This document shows, in pieces, positions 19,737 to 31,778 of a DNA stretch of 64,000 nt. How positions within the stretch are numbered: the first letter of the stretch is position 1; each line of letters starts with the position of its first letter. The notes under the pieces were generated by a model that had not been told where the DNA came from, did not search any database, and worked only from the letters and a program-made list of their open reading frames with translations. The stretch is from an uncultured bacterium. Lineage in GTDB: Bacteria > Krumholzibacteriota > Krumholzibacteriia > LZORAL124-64-63. Where the stretch lies: positions 1,248,001 to 1,312,000 of the forward strand of contig CAVSZB010000007.1 in NCBI GenBank assembly GCA_963732385.1, read 5' to 3'. The position numbers and the translations under genes were made by a program.

Positions 19737-20321
19737 ATGCGCTATTCCACCGACATTGTGGTGATCGATCTCGAAGCCACCTGCCCCGCCGAGGACGAAG
19801 GCGACAACGCCGTCGAGCGGAGCAACATCATCGAGATCGGCGCCGTCCGGCTCGATCGGCGCAGTCTCGAGGTGACGGACCGGTTCAGCGAGCTGGTGCG
19901 TCCGCGCGACTACCCGGTCGCCCCGTTCATCGCCCGGATGACCGGCATCACCCCCGAAATGGTGGCCGACCGGGACGATTTCGGGGCGGTGGGCCGGCGC
20001 TTCATGGCCTGGTACGGACCGCGCAACCGGGCCGTCATCGCCGCCTTCGGCGCCTATTACGACATCCCCCTGCTGCGGCGGGAGTGCGCGGCGTGCGGTC
20101 TCGACTACGGCCTGCACATCGCCGGCGGCGCGCTCGATGTCCGGGCGGTGGCCACGATCTGGCTGGCCGAACGGGACGAGCGCACGAGCGGGCTGACCCT
20201 GGAGGCGATCCTCGACAAGATGGGCGTTCCCCGGGCGGCCCCGCTGCACCGCGCCGTGGACGACGCGCAGGCCGCGGCGGCCGTCCTGCAGGTCTTCCAC
20301 CTGGGGCGGGCGCTGGCCTGA
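19737..20321 (+). CDS. 3'-5' exonuclease, DEDDh family
   Basis: IDLEAT..IIEIGAV..YYD..LHRAVDDA. Confidence 0.85.
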   Translation: MRYSTDIVVIDLEATCPAEDEGDNAVERSNIIEIGAVRLDRRSLEVTDRFSELVRPRDYPVAPFIARMTGITPEMVADRDDFGAVGRRFMAWYGPRNRAVIAAFGAYYDIPLLRRECAACGLDYGLHIAGGALDVRAVATIWLAERDERTSGLTLEAILDKMGVPRAAPLHRAVDDAQAAAAVLQVFHLGRALA

Positions 20322-20443
20322 TCCGGCCCGCGGCGTCCTTGCCCCGGCTGGCGCCGCCTGCCATCTTTGCGGATTCGGGACAGACGGTTTCGCCGCCCCG
20401 CGGCAGCGTCACATGACGGTATACGAGGCGAGAGGAGACGGCC

Positions 20444-22790
20444 GTGTCCGACGTCACAAGGTTGTTCGAGGCGCAGGCGAAGGACTTCCGACACTGGGAG
20501 ATCATCAAGGACGTCATCGACCAGCAGATCGACCTGATGCTCAACTACCGGCAGAGCGGTCACCCCGGCGGCAGCCGCTCCAAGGTGCACATGATGGTGT
20601 CACTGCTGCTGTCGGGAGCCATGCGCTGGGATATCCGCAACCCCGGCAAACGCTTCGGCGACCGTTTCATCCTCATCGCGGGCCACACGGCCCCGCTCGT
20701 CTACGGCACGCTCGCGGTCTTCAACGAGGCGCTGCGCACCATGCACCAGCGCACCGGCGATCCGAAGTACGTCGTCCCGGGCGGCCCGAAGCGGCAGCTC
20801 ACGTGGGAGGACCTGCTTACGCTGCGCAACAACGGCGGTCTTCCGGGCCATGTCGAGATGGAGGGCAAGGACCTCTTCGTGAAGTTCAACACCGGCCCGA
20901 GCGGCCACGGCGCTCCGGCGGCCGCGGGCGAGGCGCTGGCCCTCAAGCGGGCCGGCGCAACCGGCGTGAAGGTCTTCGGGATCGAGGGCGAGGGGGGCCA
21001 CACGGCCGGCTGCCATCACGAGACGAAAAACTCGGCCTACGGCCTCGGCCTCGACAACCTTTTCACTCTGCTCGACTGGAACGATTTCGGCATCGACAAC
21101 CAGCCGGTTTCGTCCGTGGTGCACGGCACCCCGCGCGACTGGTTCGCCCCCTACGGCTGGCACGTGCACGAAGCGCCGGACGGGAGCGAATGGAAGGATG
21201 TCACCTACGCCCTGCTCGACATGACGGCCGGCAACAACCCGCCGCTGCACCCCGGCATGATGTACGGACGCACGCGCAAGGGCCGCGGCTATCATGTCTA
21301 CGACAACAAGAGCCACGGCACGCCGCACAAGCTCAACAGCGAGCCGTTCTGGCTCTGCCGCAAGGACTTCAGCGACAAGTACGGCGTGGTCTGGGACGGC
21401 GCCGGCCAGCCGGCGCCGACCGACAAGGCGGCGCTGCGCAAACACGCCGAAGCCAACTTCAACGTGGCGCTCGACGTGCTGCGCAACGGCGACACCTGCG
21501 AGTATCTCGCCAACCGGCTCGTCGAGCTGGGCGAAAGCGTGCCGCGCGACGTGAAGACCTTCCTGATCCCCGAGGCGAAGAATCCGTTGCACGACCCGAA
21601 GCTGTGGGACTTCAAGGCCTATCCCGAAGGCATGTGGGCGAAGGCGGGCGCCAGCCAGCCGAATCGCGCCGCCCTGGCGCGCTGGGGCTCCTGGATCAAC
21701 GCCTACTGCCGGAAGAACTACGGCCGCCCGCTGTTCCTGGTCTGCTCGGCCGACCTGGCCGACTCGACGAACATCTCCGGCTTCGGCGCCGATTACGATG
21801 ACCTGCCGGGTTACGGCTGGTTCGATCGCGAGAAGAGCCCCCAGGGGGTGATCCTGCCGCAGGAGATCACCGAGTTCGCCAACAGCGGCATCTGCGCCGG
21901 CGCCGCCGCCACGAACCTCGCCGCGGATCCCGAGGCGGACTTCAACGGCTTCTACACCGCCTGCTCCACCTACGGATCCTTCTCCTACCTGAAGTACGGA
22001 ACGTTCCGGCTGCTCAGTCAGATGGCCCAGGACAGCAATTACAAGCTGGGCAAGGTGATCTGGGTGGCCGGCCACTCCGGTCCCGAAACGGCCGAAGACT
22101 GCCGCACCCACTTCGGCGTCTACTCGCCCGGCGTGACGCAGATGTTCCCCGACGGCCAGGTGATCGATATCCACCCGTGGGAATACAACGAAGTGCCGGT
22201 GCTGCTGGCCGCCGCGCTGCGCGACCGACAAGCCGATCGTGGCCCTGCACCTGACGCGCCCGCCGGTCAACATCCCCGACCGCGCGCAGCTCGGCCTCGG
22301 ACATTACTTCGAAGCCGCGAAGGGGGCCTACATCCTGCGCGATTACGCCCCCGGCAAGCCGAAGCACGGCTGCGTGATCGTCCAGGGCACCATGTCCACC
22401 TTCAACCTGATCCGCGCGCTGCCGGAGATCGACAAGGCGGGCGTGAACGTGAAGTTCGTCGCGGCGCCGAGTCCGCAGCTGTTCGCGCTGCAGCCCGAAA
22501 GCTACCGCAACCAGGTGCTCTCCGCGGGCGACCGCCTCAACAGCACCTACGTGACCAACCGCGCCCGTCGTCTGATGTACGACTGGAGCTTCAACCCGCT
22601 CGCCGCCGAGTACGCCCTCTCCAGCGACTTCGACAACCGCTGGCGCACCGGCGGTTCGCTCGACGAAATCATGACCGAGGCTCATCTCGATCCGGCCAGC
22701 ATCATCGCCGGCGTGGTCCGGTTCGCGAAGGACCACGACGCACGGATGAAGCGCCTGCGCGACATGCTCAAGGCGGCGGAAGGGGCCTAG
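20444..22790 (+). CDS. Transketolase-family protein (one apparent frameshift near 22220)
   Basis: QSGHPGGS, DRFILIAGH, LPGHVE, SADLADST, GHSGPETAEDCRTH; C-terminus continues in ORF 22239..22790 after one extra base (LA-TDKPIVALHLTR). Confidence 0.85.
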
Positions 22791-22826
22791 GCCCTCGCGC
22801 CGGCCCGCGACAGCGTCGACCGACAG

Positions 22827-22854
22827 GAAGGACCCGCCGCAAGGCGGGTCCTTC
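22827..22854. terminator. Hairpin between convergent genes
   Basis: 12-bp perfect stem GAAGGACCCGCC / GGCGGGTCCTTC with GCAA loop. Confidence 0.65.
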
Positions 22855-22887
22855 GCGTCAGGCGGCAGCAGATTGCGCGCCGCCCCG

Positions 22888-25406
22888 TCAACTTCCGGGG
22901 TCGAGCCTCAACGTCCAGACCGTCGGCTCCCGGCAGCAGCGGCGTCGCCTCTCCCCGTTCCCACGCCGTATGCCCGCGCCGGTAGTACGGTGAGAGCGGG
23001 TGTCCGCTCTGACCGGTCGGCATGTGGAACAACCCCGCCTCCTCGCGTCCGGGCGAGACCACCATCCGCTCCGAGGCGCCCATGTCGGGCGACTGCACGC
23101 GGGGCAGGTTGCTGTCGCCCGGCAGGCGCGTGCGCGGCATGTCGAGCCACCGGCCGAGTTGCGGCACCGCCAGGCTGAGCGGGTGGCGGATGGCGGCGGT
23201 GTTGCGCTCGCCCCAGGTCCGGTCGGCCAGCGGACGGCCGCCGCGCGTGAGCCGCGCCACGGTGGTGTCGACGGCGGCGAGCAGGGCCTCCTCCCAGGAG
23301 CGGAACGCCGGCGCGAGCAGGTGGGGCGGCCGCTGCGTGGCGAGCGCCCAGAGCGGGTCCTCGTACTGGCCGAGATTGTCGAACGTGAAGCCGGAGTCGG
23401 CGGCGGCGCAGGGGGCGGTCAGCCAGCCGTAGACGCTCTCGCGCACCTGCAGCCGGAATCCGCGCACCAGCCGGTAGCCGACCGACTCGATCGAGGCGCG
23501 GCCGCTCCAGCTCGTCTCCAGCAGCTCGCGGAACTCGGCGCGGCCGGGCACGCCGGCCAGAGCGTCCGGCGTGAGCAGGTCGAGCAGCAGATCGCGCCAG
23601 CGCTGCAGGAAAAGGGCCCGGTCGTCGAGCTGGATCCGCAGCATATCGCCCGGATCGGCGCGGTCGAGGACGCGCAGGTCGTCGCGGATCTGGCGGGCGC
23701 GAGCGCCGGTGATGTAGCCACCGTCGCCCAGCGCGGCGAGGCCGTCGCCGTCGACGGTGCGATTGTTGGCGCTCCAGAGCCGCCCCTCGGGCGGGTCGAC
23801 CACCCGCGGATACCGGTCCGCGGGCAGACACGCCGTCCCAGCGGCAGGCGCCGTCGGCCCAGGAGACCGGCACGCGGCCGTCGAACCCGACGCGGCGCGG
23901 CAGCCGGCCGATGACCGTCCAGGCGATGCGACCGTCAGCGTCGGCGCAGACCAGGTTCTGCGGCGGCATGCCGCAGCGGGGCGCCAGGGCCAGCGCCTCG
24001 TCCACCGTGCGCACCGACCCCATTTCGAGCAGGGCGAGATTCGCTCCGTCCGGATCGTGCGCCACCCAGCGCATGGCCAGCCGCCGGCCGAACCGGTCGC
24101 GCCCCGTGACCGGGCCCCACATCGTGTCGAGGATGGTCACCGTGTCGGCCGGCGCGCCTCGCACCGCGATGACCTCGCGCCGGCGGACCAACGGCCGCGG
24201 ACCGCCCGGGGCCAGATAGCGATTGCTGTCGGCGGGGTCGGGCTCGATCACGACCAGGTCGATCACGTCGGCCATCGCGTTCGTGAACCCCCACGCCACC
24301 CGTCCGTTGCTGCCGACGATCAGCCCCGGCACCCCCGGCAGCGTGACGCCGACCAGCCGTTGCGCCGTGGCGGCGTCCTCCCGCGGCCAGCTCAGCACCG
24401 CCCGGTACCAGATGTCCGGCACCCCCAGCCCCAGATGCATGTCGTTGGCCAGCAGCGCGCCCCCATCGCGCGCCCGGAAACCGGCCACCGCCCAGTTGTT
24501 GCTGCCGGGCGGCTCCTCGACCGCTGGACGGGGAGCGTGCCGCGTCCCGCGCAGCCCCGGCAACGCGCCCAGCCCCCCGCCCCCGTGGCGGGGATCGGCC
24601 GCCACGCTGTCCACCGAGGCACGGCGCAGGTCCACCACGTCGGGCCCGGGCACCGCCGGCGCCGCCAGCGGCCCCCCGACCAGCGGCGCGTCCCACTCGC
24701 CGCCGTCCGGCGTGAGGAACGCGGCCAACGCCGGCGGCAGCGTCGTCACCAGGGTGGCGCGCGCCGTCTCGTTCTCCTCGTTGAGCAGGTTGTACATCGC
24801 GTAGAGGACGAGGTAGGAATCCTCGGGCCGCCACGCCTGCGGCCGCTGCCGCAGCATCAGGTACTCGAAGGAGGGACGCCGCTGCGCCGCCAGCCCCGCG
24901 TTGACGCCGGAGGCGTAGGCCTCGAGCAGCTCCCGTTCGCCCGCGGAAGCCCGCGCCAGAGCCACGCGCGCCCGCCCCCGGAACGCCTGCCGTCGCGCCA
25001 GCCGGTCCCACCGCACCGCCGCCCCGCCGATGAGCGCCGCCAGCTCCCCCGCCGGCTGCCGCCGCGAAAGGTCCATCTGAAAGAACCGCTCCTGCGCATG
25101 CAGGAACCCCAGCGCGAAGGTGGCGTCACGAGCCGACGCCGCGCTGACGGTCGGCACGCCGAGCGCATCGCGCGTGACCCCCACCGACGCCGTCAGCCCG
25201 CGGACATCCACCACTCCCGACAACCGCGGCAGACTCGCCCGCAACAGCCCCCACGCCACCAGCCCCCCCACCAGCAACAACACGCACAGCCCCAGCAACG
25301 CGCGCAACAGCCACCGCGCCACCCGGCGCAGCCGCGCACGGCGACGCCCCGGCTCCGCCGGTCCACCAGAGGCTGGCAAAGGATCACGCTGCGCGCCCGC
25401 CGCCAT
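22888..25406 (-). CDS. Penicillin acylase family (Ntn hydrolase, peptidase S45); apparent frameshifts near 23831 and 22928
   Basis: RDALGVP, LGFLHAQERFFQMDLSRR, PGSNNWAV (nucleophile Ser), ANDMHL, SANNR, GASERMVV, PTGQSGHPLSPYY split across frames. Confidence 0.88.
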
Positions 25407-25512
25407 GGCTCCCCTCCACCCGCGTCGGGCGGGCCGCGCGCAGTATAGCCGATCGCCTCCCCGGGCGAGACGCTCTGCGTGACGGGGGAGAGAGATGTGG
25501 ATTCCGCCGCTC

Positions 25513-28131
25513 CTATTTCGCGAGGGTGATCTTGCTCGCCCGCACCCCCTGCTCCGTGACCAGCCGAACGATGTAGGTTCCCGGAGGCACGCGGGCACCG
25601 TGAGCATCTCGGCCGTCCCATTCCACGACTGCTCGCCGGCCGGAAGGGACGCGTCGACCAGCGAACGTACAAGTCGACCTCGTTGGTCGTAGAGCCCGAG
25701 AGCCGCGTGCGTCGCCTGCGGCAGGCTGTACCGGATCGTCGTGCGCGGGTTGAACGGGTTGGGTGCGTTTGAGGTGATCGCCAACCGCTCGGGGAGCGTC
25801 GCGGCCGCAAGCTGCGCCGGACCGTACCAAGTCTCCTGTCCTTGGTCAGTGACCTGCAGCCAGTACGACAACTCTTCAGCGGGCGCGTCGACATCGGCAT
25901 AGTCGCCCGCAAGGGTCTCCCCGCCTTCCCACTGCGATACCAGTTCACGATCCGCCTCGGCTGTCTGTCGCCACAGCCGCATCTCCCCGCCGGCGACCGA
26001 TCCTTCCAGCGCCACTGCACTAAGGCGCTGGTCGATGTCCGCCTGGCCTCGAACGACCGCAACCAGACCGGCGTCATCAGTGACTCGACCCGCATGGCGA
26101 AGATGTCCTCGCCGCCGAGGCTGTCGTCGTAGCAACCCTCCGTCACCGGGAAGTCGGTCGACCAGGTGGACCCCACGAGCAACCGCCGCCCCGGTAGACG
26201 TCGCCGCGAGATGATCGTTCTGCTGGAAATCGTTCCCGCCGTAGACGCCGCTGCCCAAGAGTGCCTGCCCGGAGCCGTTCAGGTGCGCCAGGACGCGCGG
26301 CGTTGACGCCCGGCACCGCAAACTGGTCGGGCCCCAACGGGCCCGGAAAGGTCGGCCCCCACGTGCGACCGCACACCAGGATGCCGCCGCCCGGCGGCAA
26401 CGAAAGCCCTTCCAGTTCGTCGTCCTGGTGGGGCCACCCAGATACGTGCTCTGCAGCAAGCTCGAACCGTCCACGCTGAGCGTACTGATGAAGCCGTCCC
26501 CGGTGCCCCGCATGCTGGTCTGATATGCGCCGATCGTGACCGGGAACGTCCCCGAGCCCGTACCGCCGGCCACCACCACGCGACCGTCCCGGCCAATCTT
26601 CAAGTCGCGGATGCCGGCGCCTTCCAGGAATGTACTCCAGGACGAACTGCCTTCCGTCCGCCGTCAGCTTCGTCACGAACCCCGCCCCAAGACCGTCACA
26701 GTGCGTGTCATAGCTCCCCGGGGTGACCGGGAAGTCAAGCCCCGTGAATCCTCCTGCCACCGGCCTGCCCTGGTCGTCCAACCCGACAGCGCTGACATAA
26801 TCTTCGTCGGAGCTGCCCAGGTACGTGCACCAGTCCAGGGCTCGCCCCTGGTTGGATATCCGCGCAACAAAGCCATCAAAGTAACCGCCACGGTGTGTAG
26901 GCTGGAAGGTGCCGACCGTGGTCGGCAGATAGGGCGAGGAGACTATTCCTGCCAGTACGACGGCGCCCTCGCTGGCCGCGGCCACGGAGAGCGCCCAGCC
27001 GTCGTCCAACAGCGTGCACCACACGAAGCGCCCCGTCTGCGCCTCCAGCTCCGCGATGAACGAGGATCCTGATGCCGAAACCGTGCTGTCCTGCACGCCG
27101 GGCGTTGTCGGGAAATCTACGGAATACGTACGGCCGACGACCACAACATTGCCATTGGGAAGCATGGCGATGCCCCGACCTTCGTTGGTATTTTCCCCAC
27201 TGAGCACCGTGCTCCAGACGGGAAACCCGCTCTCTTCGTCCAGGGCCGTGACGATGACATTCGTGAACCCCAGCACAATCGCGGTGCCGGGAATCGTGGG
27301 GTAGTCCAGCGATTGCGTGTAGCCCGTCAGGAAGGTCAAGCCGACTCCATTGCTGACCACCGCATACGACTCATCCCATGACCAGCCACCCAGAAACGTG
27401 CTCCAGACCATCCGGTCCAGATCCTTCGTCGCTGGTTGTGGCGCCAGCGTTGCCACGGGGCCAGCAGGGACCGCTTCCTCCGCTGGCGAGATCCAACCCG
27501 TCAGTGCGCTCCCCAGGGCCGGGCTGACGATCAGCGTGCCGTGCGGGGTGGAAACCACCTCGTTGCCGTCGACCTGCGCAATGTCCGTCGCGCCGCGCCA
27601 TCGCACGGCGACGTGCCCCAAAACGTCCGCGCTGCCCCGCCATTCGTAGGCCAGCCTGCCGCCCTCAGGCCGCAGAACGAGATCGACGCCGGGCCACAGC
27701 CCCCGGTACACGACCTCTCCATAGCACGCCCGGGACTCAAGCCAGCGGCTGCGATCCCTGCCGGCGTAATGGTTCAGGAGGAGGGGCCGAGGGACCTGTC
27801 CCATGGGCTGGACCGCCGGGTCCGCGCCCACGAAATCCAGCAGCACGATGTGGCCCTCGATGGGCTGGGCCTCGGGCTTGGCGCCAGGGGCTGAGAGCCG
27901 GGAGCCCAGTAGGCCCGGGCCGTCTTGCCGTGCCGGGCGAGGCGGCGTCAGGCCGAGTGCGAAGGCGATGCCGCCCGGCAGTGCCGTCAGGCGCAGTTCG
28001 CCACACTCCGCGGTCAGGCGCACCTCGTCGATCTGCCCCCCGGCCACGGGCCGAAACCCCTCGGCAGCGACCGCGATGCCGGCGCCAAGAACAACCATGG
28101 CGACAAGAATAGCGATAATGGACCTGCGCAA
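25513..28131 (-). CDS. Secreted SBBP beta-propeller-repeat protein with C-terminal FlgD-Ig/T9SS-like domain; about 6 apparent frameshifts
   Basis: TTG start after GGGGAGG; signal peptide; YRGLWPGVDL; repeats WSTFLGG/WCTYLG/GxTxSxDFPxTxG; C-terminal PNPFNPRTTIRY...WDGRD...PGTYIVRL...ASKITLAK in alternating frames. Confidence 0.75.
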
Positions 28132-28279
28132 TTGGCCCTCCCCAACGACCGCACCCTCCGCGCGCCTCACCCCAATAGCAATTGCAGCCAAGTGACCATA
28201 GCATGGCGCTCCATACTCGCACTACTCCTGCCAGCCGGCCTTTCCCATTGTGCGTCACAATGTCCACGCCCAGTACAAC

Positions 28280-28311
28280 ACGCCGCCGCCGGGATGGCCC
28301 GGCGGCGGCGT
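28280..28311 (-). terminator. Hairpin downstream of the tricorn protease gene
   Basis: 14-bp stem ACGCCGCCGCCGGG / CCCGGCGGCGGCGT with 4-nt loop. Confidence 0.6.
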
Positions 28312-28333
28312 TGCAAACGGACTTCGCGGTATC

Positions 28334-31300
28334 TTACTTTGTCTTCACCGGATCGGCCGGGCGCGAGGGCAGATGCCGCGGCTCCGCGGCCATCTTCGCC
28401 AGCACCTCTTTCACGCCGCGTTCGAGCTGCGGGTCGCCGCCGGCGATGAGCGCGGCCGGGTCGTTGTCCACCTCGATGTCGGGATCGACGCCGTGGCCCT
28501 CGATGATCCACTCGCCGGTCGGGGCGTTGGTGCCGTTCTCGGGCACGTACACGGTGCCGCCGTCGATCAGGGGGCCGCGGCCGGAGATGCCGACCACGCC
28601 GCCCCAGGTCCGCTTGCCGATCAGCGGGCCGAGGCCGGCGGTGCGGAAGCGGTAGGGGAAGATGTCGCCGTCGGAGGCGGCAGTTCTCGTTGATCAGGCA
28701 GGCCAGGTGGCCGTAGAAGCAGGTGTTCGGGTAGGTGGCCGGCAGCTCGCTGATGCGGCCGAAGCGGGTGCCGAGCAGCTGGTTGTCGAGTCGCTCGAGG
28801 ATCCACTGCGAGACGTTGCCGCCGCCGTTGTCGCGCACGTCGACGATCAGCCCCTCCTGGCGGATCTGCGGATAGAACCACTTGATGAACTCGGCGATGC
28901 CGGTCGGCCCCCATGTCGGGGATGTGCAGGTAGCCGACGCGGCCGTCCGACAGCTTGTCGGTCAGCTGCCGCCGGCTCTCCACCCAGTCGTTGTAGATCA
29001 GCGACGACTTCGTCGCGCACCGGCTGGTAGGTCACCGTGCGCGCACCGTCGGGGACGGGACGGGTGTTGAGCGTCAGGGTGACCGGGTCGGTCTTGTGCT
29101 GCAGCAGGCGGTACGGGTTGTCGTTGCCGGCCAGGTCGACGCCGTCGATGGCCAGCACGTAGTCCCCTTCACGCGCGTCGACCCCGACCTCGGTCAGCGG
29201 CGAGCGGTACTTCGGCTCGGCGTTGTCGCCGCGGTAGATCCGCGCGATCCGGTAGCGGTTCGCCTGCGGGTCGAGCGCGAACCGGGCGCCCGGCAGGCCG
29301 ACCGGCGCCCGCGTCGGCACCTCGTAGTCGCCCCCCTCGATGTAGCAGTGCCCGGCGTTGAGTTCGGAGACCATCTCGCCCAGGACGTAGTTCAGGTCGG
29401 AGCGGTGGGCCACGTAGGGCAGCAGGGCGCGGTAGCGGTCGCCGATGGCCCGCCAGTCGTAGCCGTGCATGTTCTCGACGTAGAAGAAGTCGCGGTAGCG
29501 GCGCCACACTTCGTCGAAGATCTGCGTCCACTCCTGCGCCGGCACGCGGTCCACGACCAGCCCGTCGGTGCCGACGGCCTTGGCATCGCCCGGCTTGGGA
29601 CGCGCGTCGTACAGCTTGTAAGCTTTGCCCTGCGCCACGATCAGCTTGCTGCCGTCGCCCGACAGCGCGTAGCCGCCGGAGTCGGCCACCAGCTCGGACT
29701 CCTTGCGCTCCTTCAGGTCGTAGACGCGCACCGACGGCTTCGTGTAGCTGTCGCGACCGTAGAAGGGGGCGCCGCGCTTGACGTAGAAGAGGAAGCCCCT
29801 GGCGGCGGCGAGGTCCTCGATGTTGTCGGCCTCCACCGGCAGGCGGGCGATGCGGCCGGCCAGACCGTCGAAGTCGATGTTGACCTCGGGCGGCGGCGCC
29901 TTTTCGTCCTTCTTCTCGTCCTTCTTGTCGCTCTTCTTGTGCCTTGCCGCCGGCGGCAGCGCCGGCTCGACCGTGACCTCGTCGCTCTGCGGTCCGACCA
30001 GGTTCGGCACGTCGCGGCGCAGCGCCAGCGCGTACACCCCGGTCGTGCGGTTGCCGGCGTAATTCCATTCGAGGCTGCTGATCTGCGGCGCGTAGTCGTG
30101 GTTGGCGAGGCAGAAGAGGTACTTCCCTTCGGGATCCCACACCGGTTCGGACTCGCTGGCGCGCCCGTCGGTCACGCGGCGCACCTGGCCGTCGCGGGCG
30201 CTCCAGACGTGCAGCGCGCTGGCGCCGCTGGTCTCGCTCAGCGAGAAGGCGAGCCACCGGCTGTCGGGCGACCAGGCGTAGTCGCGCACCTGGCCGCGCC
30301 GATCGTCGGCGACCTGGACCAGCCCGCGGTCGGCCAGCGTGAGCACGTAGACGCGGCCGTCCTTGTCGGAGAAGGCGATCGACCTGCCGTCGGGTGACCA
30401 CTCCGGCGCGTAGCGCATCGCCCGGCCGCCCCGGGTGAGCTGCTCGGGCTCGCCCTTTGCCATCCTGCGCGGTCACCCAGACCTCGTCCTCGCCACTGCG
30501 GTCGGAAATGAACGCCACCCGCGCGCCATCGGGCGACCAGCGCGCCCACTTGTCATGCGCGTTCGAGCTGTGGGTAAGATTGCGGGTCGGCCCCTTCTCG
30601 ACCGGCGCCGTGAAGACGTCGCCGCGGGCCACGAACAACGCCCGCTCCCCCTTGGGGCTGAGCGTGTAGTCCTCGATCCGGTCCGCCACCGCGATGCGCG
30701 CGGGGCGCGTCGCCAGGCCGTCGTCGGGCACCGTGATCGCGATCGGCCGGGCCTGGCCGCTGGCGAGGTCATAGACCACCAGTTCGCCGCCCAGCTCGTA
30801 GACGATGCGTCCGCGGTGATCGGTGCCGGGCCAGCGGACGTCCCAGGTGGTGCCGCGGGTGAGCTGGGTGACGGCGTCGCCCGCCTCGTCCCAGCGGTAG
30901 AGGTTGAGCGTGCCGTCGCGGTCGGAAGTGAAGTAGACCGCGCCGCCGATCCAGAGCGGATCGCGCTCTGTACGCGGCGAGGCGGCGATGCGGCGCGCGG
31001 TATTACTGGCCAGGTCGAACACGAACAGGTCCTGCGCGCGTCCCCCCGCGTAGCGCTTCCAGGTGCGGAAATCGCGGAACAGCGGCGAGTAGACCAGCCT
31101 CTGCGCGTCGGGCGCGAAATCGCCCGCGCCGGCCGCCGGCATCGGCAGCGCCACCGGCAGCCCCCCCTCCACGCCCACCGTGTAGAGACGGCTCGTCACG
31201 CCGACCGTGGCGTCGCGCATGGAGCGGAAAAGCACCGCGCGGCCGTCGGGCGTCCAGCCGTAGACCTGGTTGTCCACTCCGTGGCGCGGCGCCATCGGGC

Positions 31301-31634
31301 CGTGCGCCGGGTACCAGGTCAGCCGTCGCGGCTCGCCCCCCTCCGCCGGCACGATGCAGACCTGCTCGTCGCCGTCGTACTGGCCGGTGAAGGCGATCCA
31401 GCGGCCGTCGGGCGAAAAGTGCGGGAACAGCTCCTGCCCCGGATGCGCGGTCACCCGGGCGGCCAAACCGCCGGTGACGGGGGCGGTCCAGATGTCGCCC
31501 CCGTAGCAGAACGCCACCCGGTCGCCGGAGATGGCGGGGAAACGCAGCAGTTTCGTCTGCGCACTGGCGCCGGGCGCCACGCCGGCCACGAGCGCCAGGG
31601 CGGCCACGACAACGGCAAGGGCTCTGCGAACCAT
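28334..31634 (-). CDS. Tricorn protease homolog (peptidase S41); about 4 apparent frameshifts (near 30460, 29010, 28905, 28680)
   Basis: [12 protein letters not shown]40 repeats ([10 protein letters not shown]), [41 protein letters not shown] catalytic Ser, [27 protein letters not shown]. Confidence 0.88.
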
Positions 31635-31714
31635 GGTTCCTCCCGGGGTGGACGGAAACGGATGTGCACGGGATGGCGGCCGGCGGCGATGCGCCGGCCA
31701 CAACCTACGGGATA

Positions 31715-31744
31715 CGGACGGCAACCCGCCCGGGTTGCCGTCCG
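31715..31744 (-). terminator. Hairpin downstream of the nucleotide-sugar dehydrogenase gene
   Basis: 13-bp stem CGGACGGCAACCC / GGGTTGCCGTCCG. Confidence 0.55.
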
Positions 31745-31778
31745 GCAGGAAACCGCGGTCGGCGGTCCGGTCCGCGGG

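Noticed and set aside
20444..22993. 849-aa transketolase ORF with an Arg/Pro-rich tail
   Set aside because: The tail after about 22220 is out-of-frame sequence; the real C-terminal domain is in ORF 22239..22790
22908..26603. 1231-aa ORF that appears to fuse an SBBP/FlgD protein to penicillin acylase
   Set aside because: Artefact of frameshifts: the SBBP gene's true C-terminus is in another frame and stops at 25513, and the acylase has its own ATG and RBS at 25406
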